Shown one piece after another: positions 45,451 through 51,349 of a stretch of 51,349 nt of DNA (position 1 is the first letter of the stretch; each line of letters starts with the position of its first letter). A model generated the notes under the pieces. The model saw nothing but the letters and a program-made list of their open reading frames with translations. It was not told the origin of the DNA and searched no databases. Origin of the DNA: a virus (taxonomy: Duplodnaviria > Caudoviricetes); IMG/VR virus record IMGVR_UViG_3300006097_000004, positions 1 to 51,349 of that record, one strand, 5' to 3'. The position numbers were made by a program, and so were the translations under genes.

Positions 45451-46609
45451 GATAGTTAGAAAAGAACAGAAAATATTTGGCGAATCTGGCGGTACATCAG
45501 AATTTGGACAATTCGGGTCTGATGCGGCAGGGACTCCGACTACGACAAAAGACTTAGACCAGATACAGGCGCTTAGTCAATTCGCAGGTGGATGGTACGA
45601 CGCAACTGCAAACGCCGCAGAGCCTCCGCGTATTCAGGACAGGAACGGACTTGATTATCTTATGACAACGCAGCTGGCTTATCTCCTGCAGAAGGGCGTA
45701 CCGGAATGGCTGGACAGTGCTACACAACGATATTACGCCGGGAAGTCTATCGTCTCCCGGTCAGACGGTATCTATATGGCAATCTTGGGCGACGATTCCA
45801 CCAACATAAATGCACAGAAAGACCCGGCAACCGAACCGCTATGGTGGTCGCTTATATATCAGAAACCAGCTGTTGAATCATGGGACGCAACGGAATCGGT
45901 AACATACGAAAGTGCCGGGGTAGTAGTTGAACGCTATGGGAAACACTTTACTTCCACTGGTCTCGCAGGCAACATAAACAAAGACCCGATAAACCCGGCA
46001 AACATAAATTATTGGTATCCGTCTCCAGGGATCGACAAATTAATTGATATGTTCATAGCCGGTGAAGTAGTCCGGGGCGGGATGCACAAGGTCAACAATC
46101 TTGGCGATGGTGATTACTCCACAAGCCTATTACTCGATAAAGCGACCTTCGGCGGGACAACCTATGAGTTCTACCGGGTGGCTCTCGACGGCTCTGTAGT
46201 CACAGGTGATGCCACACTTGAGGGAATTCTCAACACACTATCAGGAACGCTCTACCCTCATGCTGATATATTCGCCCCAGATAACCTCGGCACCCGTACG
46301 CTTGTTGACATGCGTGGTCGCGGCGTTTCTTCAATGACAACCGGAGGCGGTGAGGCTGATACGCTTGGCGAGGTTCGCGATGATCAGATGCAGGGGCACC
46401 ATCACTACGATAACGTCAACACGGTACTAACAAACACGCCAGGAGCTCAAAACTATGCTGTGACTGGCGGCGCTCAAACATTCGCTGATCTAACCGTTAC
46501 CGATCCTAAAACTGACGGAACCAACGGAACCCCTCGCACCGGAGCAACAACCCACGGCGCCGATATCGTAGAAGGAATAAAATACATCATCGTCATGAAA
46601 GCGGCATAA
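45443..46609 (+). CDS. Tail fibre protein
   Basis: YLLQKGVPEW N-terminal anchor; collar-like VDMRG...DQMQGHHH...GTPRTG C terminus. Confidence 0.75.
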   Translation: MAEIVRKEQKIFGESGGTSEFGQFGSDAAGTPTTTKDLDQIQALSQFAGGWYDATANAAEPPRIQDRNGLDYLMTTQLAYLLQKGVPEWLDSATQRYYAGKSIVSRSDGIYMAILGDDSTNINAQKDPATEPLWWSLIYQKPAVESWDATESVTYESAGVVVERYGKHFTSTGLAGNINKDPINPANINYWYPSPGIDKLIDMFIAGEVVRGGMHKVNNLGDGDYSTSLLLDKATFGGTTYEFYRVALDGSVVTGDATLEGILNTLSGTLYPHADIFAPDNLGTRTLVDMRGRGVSSMTTGGGEADTLGEVRDDQMQGHHHYDNVNTVLTNTPGAQNYAVTGGAQTFADLTVTDPKTDGTNGTPRTGATTHGADIVEGIKYIIVMKAA

Positions 46610-46640
46610 AAATGAGCCCCCGTAATTGGGGGCTCTTTAA
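46607..46640. terminator. Bidirectional terminator between convergent arms
   Basis: A-run, GAGCCCC-CGTAATTG-GGGGCTC, TTT. Confidence 0.7.
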
Positions 46641-47333
46641 TTAAAACAGGCGGCCTTTCTGCTTCCATTTTGTCATTCTACGTTCCCCGTCTTTCCAGAA
46701 GAGCAATCCTTCCGGCCTCGATGATCCCCGTCCTTCCTGCACACTCAAAAGTACCCCGCCTTGTACTGCTATAGCGCCGTCAATAAAGTGCATAGGCTCA
46801 TCGTAGTCACGGCGGGCGATAGAAATAGGATCTCCGTTGTACTCGCTCTCGATAATTTCAACGTCTGCAACCGTACCTATAAAGCGGGATACTTCAGGCG
46901 GCATCTTAAACTTCGTTTCCGTTACCGTGGTCAAGACTCCGCCGGCCTGCTTGCAGTATTTCTTGACTGAAACTGATTCCTCACCTTCGACCGTAGGGGG
47001 GAATACATGCTGCACGGTAAAATAAATAGTACCAGCCTGCACGGAAAAGTCAGCTGGCACTACTTCTGTTTGTGTACCATCTGCATCATCGACGGTCAAG
47101 GTCGCTTTCACTTCCTGAAATTCTTCCCGGCTTGCCATTGCGGAATTGATACCGAGGACTTTTCCGTGCTGTAGAAAATATCCGTCATATTCCGTGATTG
47201 GCGACACTGTAAAATCATTAGCCATTGCGTTTACCTCTTCATATTGTATTGCCGTTTTACCATCCGGCTCTAATTCACAGTTTACAAAAATTAAAATAGT
47301 TAGTATAGTAATGATGAAGGTTACCCTTTCCAA
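46641..47333 (-). CDS. Putative lipoprotein
   Basis: MERVTFIITILTILIFVN-C signal peptide; AAGGAG RBS, TTG start. Confidence 0.6.
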   Translation of the reverse strand: MERVTFIITILTILIFVNCELEPDGKTAIQYEEVNAMANDFTVSPITEYDGYFLQHGKVLGINSAMASREEFQEVKATLTVDDADGTQTEVVPADFSVQAGTIYFTVQHVFPPTVEGEESVSVKKYCKQAGGVLTTVTETKFKMPPEVSRFIGTVADVEIIESEYNGDPISIARRDYDEPMHFIDGAIAVQGGVLLSVQEGRGSSRPEGLLFWKDGERRMTKWKQKGRLF

Positions 47334-47417
47334 AACAATACTCCTTGATCTTCCCCCCGTTAGCCTTCCGGGGGGATTTTTTTAATAATTATTTATTTTC
47401 TTGTTTAAGATACCCTT

Positions 47418-47627
47418 CTATTCTCCAGTCATTTTCAAATCACGGTCTGAGAATGCTTTTTCTTCGTACATTGGTACTTTCATGCGGGAAAGCATCTGAA
47501 AGAGCGCCACACGGGCCATGGTGGAAATATTGCCATAGCCCTTTTCTGTAGCGATTTCGTTATAGTAACTTTTTTCTTCCTCAGACTGTAACGCAAAGGA
47601 AACGGTCTTTTTTGAACTCGATGACAT
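47418..47627 (-). CDS. Ribbon-helix-helix-like regulator
   Basis: KTVSFAL...IATEKGYGNISTMARVAL. Confidence 0.5.
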   Translation of the reverse strand: MSSSSKKTVSFALQSEEEKSYYNEIATEKGYGNISTMARVALFQMLSRMKVPMYEEKAFSDRDLKMTGE

Positions 47628-47639
47628 TAGAATACCCCG

Positions 47640-48695
47640 TTACATCTTATTTGCAGCAGTCGTCAATATTTCAGCTGCTCTTGCAAGTGCATCCTTTGCC
47701 TCTTTGCTCTTCACGCTGTCTTTTCCGTTTATGAGGGTTTTTGCATGGTCAATCAGCTTATCTTTGTCGGGAGCAAGCTCAGCCTTTTTCTTTTCTTCTG
47801 CTTCGCGGGCGGCCTTCTCTTCAGCTTCGCGTTTCGCCTTTTCTTCCTTCTCCCGCTGTTCGCGCTCGATACGCTCTCGCTCTTCACGTTCTTTTCTGAT
47901 CGCTGCCTCATGTTCGGCGCGTTCCTTGGATGCTTTTTTCTCTGCTGCTTCCCGCTCTTTCTGCAGGCGCTCATTTTCCTTTCTGATTTTCTCCTGTTCT
48001 GCCTCATAAGCGGATCTTTTTTCCATAGCAGAATCAACTATTTTTTTGTAATCGCCTTCTGATAATTCGGAAAAAACAATGTCGTCAAAATCGTCGATAA
48101 AATCAGCTAATCGGCTACACTGAATGCGGCGCTTGTTTTCCAGCTTCTCTTTGCGCTCTGCTTCCAGCCTTTCCTCTTCTGCTTTCCGTTCGGCTTCTTT
48201 CACCGCTTCGTAATTTGCTTTTACACCGGCTATATAATTATTCCATACATCATCAGGCATGTTACCGAGATCAAGCCCGGTACTTTCCGCTTCGTATTTC
48301 TCAAGCTCAAGCTCGCGTTCTTCTGCTATCTTTGCGATACGTTTAGCTTCAATTCTATCATAGTATGTTTCAACTTCTTTGAGCTTTTCCTCTTTATCGG
48401 TTACGGCAAATTTGAGTACGTTGTACACTCCCTGAATCGCGTTACCGGCGCGGAGATATTCTTCCTTTTGTGACTTCCGCACTTTGTCGGCCTCAATGCG
48501 AACCTTGGCTATATCAAGCCTCAGTCTCTTAGCCTTAGCGCATTTCTCTGGGCTCTGTTCCTCTTGCATTACTTTGTCATAGGCAGACTCAAACCCTTCG
48601 AGCATTTTAACCATCGGCTCAAATACTTCTTTAATCTGTTTGGCCTTACTTTCTGATAATCCGTTCAGCTCTTTTGTGATTACAAGCTCATTCAT
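47640..48695 (-). CDS. Coiled-coil protein next to the recombination genes (homolog of 14696-15679)
   Basis: AKRLRLDIAKVRIEADKVRKSQK...GNAIQG; AAGGAG RBS. Confidence 0.8.
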   Translation of the reverse strand: MNELVITKELNGLSESKAKQIKEVFEPMVKMLEGFESAYDKVMQEEQSPEKCAKAKRLRLDIAKVRIEADKVRKSQKEEYLRAGNAIQGVYNVLKFAVTDKEEKLKEVETYYDRIEAKRIAKIAEERELELEKYEAESTGLDLGNMPDDVWNNYIAGVKANYEAVKEAERKAEEERLEAERKEKLENKRRIQCSRLADFIDDFDDIVFSELSEGDYKKIVDSAMEKRSAYEAEQEKIRKENERLQKEREAAEKKASKERAEHEAAIRKEREERERIEREQREKEEKAKREAEEKAAREAEEKKKAELAPDKDKLIDHAKTLINGKDSVKSKEAKDALARAAEILTTAANKM

Positions 48696-48748
48696 TCAAT
48701 ACTCCTTGATTTATTTAACAGGGGCATAGAGCCCCCGTATGCTTATTT

Positions 48749-49564
48749 CTAAAATATCTCCGGCTGTTCTTCTTCTTTTTCCTCTTTGGGCGGAGTTGCA
48801 ACAGGCTTTTCCTCAGCCTTGCCGGTTTTCGCTTTCAGCTTTTCTTTGACAGTCTCGGCGGTCGATTCTTTCGGTGTCACGTCCCGGGCGGGCTCATCAA
48901 AATTATAAAACTGATCATCCCGCATAATGACCCGCTCGATATCGGTACTCATCGGAAGGCGCTTGGCAAGTCTGCGGGTTACGGTCTTCTTTGCCATCTC
49001 TTCCCACCATTGTACCCATGGTCCGTTATTCTTTGCCTTGGAAATACTACGCACCTTCTCGATCTCCCGGACTGTCATAACTTCCAGGTACTTCCCGCCG
49101 TCCTTTGTCCTGGCCATTGCATAGACTGCTTTCACTTTGTCGCTGTCTGATTCCAAATTCGGAATGTGTTTAAAGTGTGGGCCTTCTTCATCGTTCCAGT
49201 ATTCGAACTTATCTTCACTGTACACAACATTAGCCATGATGCTTTCAAGCTCACCGGACTGCCTGATCTTCTTGTGAACCCCGGCAATCATCGGCATATA
49301 GGCGGCTTGATCGCCGAACTTGACGAGGGCCGCTTCCCTGCCATCCGGGATAAGTCCATCCTGGGCGCAATCGAGGACTGACTGCAGCAGACTGTCACGG
49401 TTTACTCTGAGCAAGTCCGGGTACTTCTGGACTGCCATTACCGTGATTCTCATGAATTTCTCTTTTGTCACGTGATCTGGTAGCAAGCTCTCGATCTTGC
49501 GGCTGTATGCTGCAATCTGATACTCAAACTGAGCCACCGGGGACAATGCTTTTTCTTCTGCCAT
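48749..49564 (-). CDS. recT: RecT family recombinase
   Basis: LLPDHVTKEKF, AQDGLIPDGREAALVKF, VVYSEDKF, GPWVQWWEEMAKKTVTRRLAKRLPMS. Confidence 0.92.
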   Translation of the reverse strand: MAEEKALSPVAQFEYQIAAYSRKIESLLPDHVTKEKFMRITVMAVQKYPDLLRVNRDSLLQSVLDCAQDGLIPDGREAALVKFGDQAAYMPMIAGVHKKIRQSGELESIMANVVYSEDKFEYWNDEEGPHFKHIPNLESDSDKVKAVYAMARTKDGGKYLEVMTVREIEKVRSISKAKNNGPWVQWWEEMAKKTVTRRLAKRLPMSTDIERVIMRDDQFYNFDEPARDVTPKESTAETVKEKLKAKTGKAEEKPVATPPKEEKEEEQPEIF

Positions 49565-49593
49565 CTTCAAAACTCCTTGTCTATTTTTTAGGG

Positions 49594-50511
49594 TTATCTA
49601 AAAACCCTGGTACTCGATTCTTTTTTGTATTCTTCATACAGGTCCGCATGATCCTTCTGAAAAGCCTTGCTGTCAAACCGGCGGGCCGTTTGCCACTTCC
49701 AGGAGTGCGCTTTTTTCCCGGCGATATTCAGCACGGCGTGATCTTCCATATACCGCTGTATTTCAAACTTTACGGCGTCGATCTTTGCGTCGATGTTTTT
49801 AGCGGCAGTTTTATACGCTGACAGTTTCCTGGCCATCTCTTCAATTTCCGGCGTCGCCTCAATCGCATCATCTACCGTATCTTTCCAGCGACGCTGTAGG
49901 TCTGTAAGGTTCTGCGGTTCCGGGCGGATTCCCTTCTGGAAATTATTCCAGAATTGCGCATATACTTCAATCATCATGTCTGCTATTTCTTGGTCGTACT
50001 CAAAACGGTATACCTTAAGACTGTTACCGCCTACAACTGCGGCAAGATCGCAACCATGCCGGAATTGCGGAAATAGTGTGTAATGATGCCCCTGGATGTA
50101 GTAATACTCCGGGACTTGATCGGTGTACTCCTCACCCCAGTCGCCGAAACGGAAAACCATGGAATCGACGTTCTTACACTCAAGTACTTTTTTCTTCCCT
50201 ACGATACGCCGGTCAACGTTCGCCCTGATGAAATCGTATTTGTCATGCACCAGGATTCTATTGACGTTTGCGATCCGCTCCCCTTCCCGGTCGGCGTACC
50301 ATTCAGCGATGACAGGTTCCATACGGCGGCCGGCTTCCATTCTTTCCGTATCTTCTGCAGGCGGGATTTCTCCCTTTTTTTCTGCGTAGACTTGATCGGC
50401 AGTCTTGTACGGGTTCATTCCCATGATTGCTGCGCCGTCACTGCCGCCGATACCGCGTGATCTTTCGGCAAGCCATTCCTCACGGCTCATATCTTTTTTG
50501 TCTATGTCCAT
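49594..50511 (-). CDS. YqaJ-like viral recombinase exonuclease
   Basis: EEWLAERSRGIGGSD, MEAGRRMEPVIA, ANVDRR, LECKN, VPEYYYIQGHHY. Confidence 0.92.
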   Translation of the reverse strand: MDIDKKDMSREEWLAERSRGIGGSDGAAIMGMNPYKTADQVYAEKKGEIPPAEDTERMEAGRRMEPVIAEWYADREGERIANVNRILVHDKYDFIRANVDRRIVGKKKVLECKNVDSMVFRFGDWGEEYTDQVPEYYYIQGHHYTLFPQFRHGCDLAAVVGGNSLKVYRFEYDQEIADMMIEVYAQFWNNFQKGIRPEPQNLTDLQRRWKDTVDDAIEATPEIEEMARKLSAYKTAAKNIDAKIDAVKFEIQRYMEDHAVLNIAGKKAHSWKWQTARRFDSKAFQKDHADLYEEYKKESSTRVFR

Positions 50512-50529
50512 GTCATACTCCTTGATAGT

Positions 50530-50558
50530 ATTGTATCACATTGCAATATATAGGTCAA
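50530..50558 (-). promoter_or_regulatory. Sigma70-like promoter for the yqaJ-recT operon
   Basis: TTGACC-17 bp-(TG)TACAAT, then AAGGAG RBS. Confidence 0.75.
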
Positions 50559-51139
50559 TCAAATCTTATGATAGATCGCTTACCTCCTGACGGACTCATC
50601 TGTATCATTTCTTGTATTTTTTCTTTGCTTATTCCTGATAGCATTTCTGCTAGTTTTTTTATTGTACCGATGCAAGGGGTATATCCTTGACGCTGGTATT
50701 TAAATGCGCGCCTAAGTGTATCGAGCTCAAATCCTTCTATCGAATTATTAAAAGATAGGTGCTTTCTCATCGACGATATAATAGCCAGTTTCGTTGTATA
50801 TATATTCTTCCCATCGTATGCGAATTGACAATGATGAAAATCAAAAGAGTTTAATAATTCTTCAATTGAATTATATTCTTTTTTTATTACCTGTATTATT
50901 TTTCCGTCTTTTTCGTATGTAGAATTTATAATATTCTCATATTTAAGCTTGAAAGTTTTATCTATAAATGATTCTTGTCTTTTCCCTATCGTAAAATAAT
51001 CAAAATCAGAATCTTGTTTTTCACCGAGAAACCATCTACGTACTGAACCACCAGCGACTACATACCCTTCTGGTATTTTCATTTCTTTTGGGAAACTTCC
51101 TTTCATATTTTCTTTTTCAAGATTTATAATTTCGTTCAT
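50555..51139 (-). CDS. Nucleotidyltransferase, CCA-adding enzyme/poly(A) polymerase head-domain-like
   Basis: VVAGGSVR...DSDFDYF (GG..R + DxD), SFDFHHCQFAYD, RAFKYQRQGY; ATG 51139 after AAGGAG. Confidence 0.7.
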   Translation of the reverse strand: MNEIINLEKENMKGSFPKEMKIPEGYVVAGGSVRRWFLGEKQDSDFDYFTIGKRQESFIDKTFKLKYENIINSTYEKDGKIIQVIKKEYNSIEELLNSFDFHHCQFAYDGKNIYTTKLAIISSMRKHLSFNNSIEGFELDTLRRAFKYQRQGYTPCIGTIKKLAEMLSGISKEKIQEMIQMSPSGGKRSIIRFD

Positions 51140-51150
51140 ATTTACTCCTT

Positions 51151-51225
51151 TTCCCCGCGCCGGACTTGAACCGGCAGACCGCGCCGGGCCGCTTTTTAGC
51201 GTCTCATCGCCTGCGGATACGGGGG
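51151..51225 (-). ncRNA. tRNA-like element (perfect T arm and acceptor-like stem, degenerate D and anticodon arms)
   Basis: Minus strand: CCCCGT...GCCGG-TTCAAGT-CCGGC-GCGGGG, about 75 nt, abutting the RBS of the nucleotidyltransferase gene. Confidence 0.5.
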
Positions 51226-51349
51226 ATGATCTTTTCAACTTCTTCAACGCTTCTGACCGTGTATACCTTCTGTAAGTGCATATTCAGGACAGCATGCATA
51301 TCGTCCTGTTCTGCCGATGTTTTCCCGTCGCTTGTTTTTATCTCCAACC

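Noticed and set aside
26377-46609. Genome-wide TAG recoding (genetic code 15)
   Set aside because: Only one internal TAG found; several genes end naturally at TAG and no suppressor tRNA is present.
51151-51225. Functional amber-suppressor tRNA (CTA appears mid-element)
   Set aside because: No 5-bp stem with a 7-nt loop centred on CTA, no U33 and no recognisable D arm.
1-51349. CRISPR array, integrase/att site, IS element, intron or intein
   Set aside because: No regularly spaced repeats, recombinase or transposase motifs, or intein splice motifs were seen by eye; short att cores could have been missed.

Overview
The window is entirely phage-like and looks like two different tailed-phage genomes lying end to end. 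Left element (1 to about 19 kb, visibly more GC-rich): a leftward BPP-1/T7-type podovirus virion and packaging module (tail tubular B and A, cement, capsid, scaffold, portal, a glycosyltransferase, a terminase large subunit split into two genes, TerS). It diverges at about 9.6 kb from a rightward early/replication operon (ArdC, ERF, YqaJ exonuclease, NinB-like, initiator plus DnaC-like loader) that ends in two tRNA-Ser genes. Right element (about 19.3 kb to the end, more AT-rich): small accessory ORFs, HNH, initiator and T7 gp4/Twinkle-like primase-helicase, then a near-complete contractile-tail module (TerS/TerL, portal, gpF-like, DUF2213 protease/scaffold, capsid, neck, sheath, tube, chaperone with -1 frameshift, tape measure, baseplate, fibre). 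It converges on a leftward early arm (lipoprotein, RHH, coiled-coil protein, RecT, YqaJ, CCA-enzyme/poly(A)-polymerase-like nucleotidyltransferase). The strongest signals not shown by the ORF track are at RNA level: two canonical hammerhead ribozymes (type III and type II) that bracket one small ORF just upstream of ardC, a non-canonical 8/4 tRNA-Ser(UGA), a tRNA-like leader on the nucleotidyltransferase gene, six promoters placed to give leaderless late mRNAs, and a long RBS-sequestering hairpin before the right replication operon. Possible assembly artefacts are flagged: an exact 606-bp tandem duplication, an out-of-frame allele copy at the left edge, a single amber codon in the tape measure gene, and the two-genome join itself. 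All protein calls come from motif recognition and gene order; no database searches were run.
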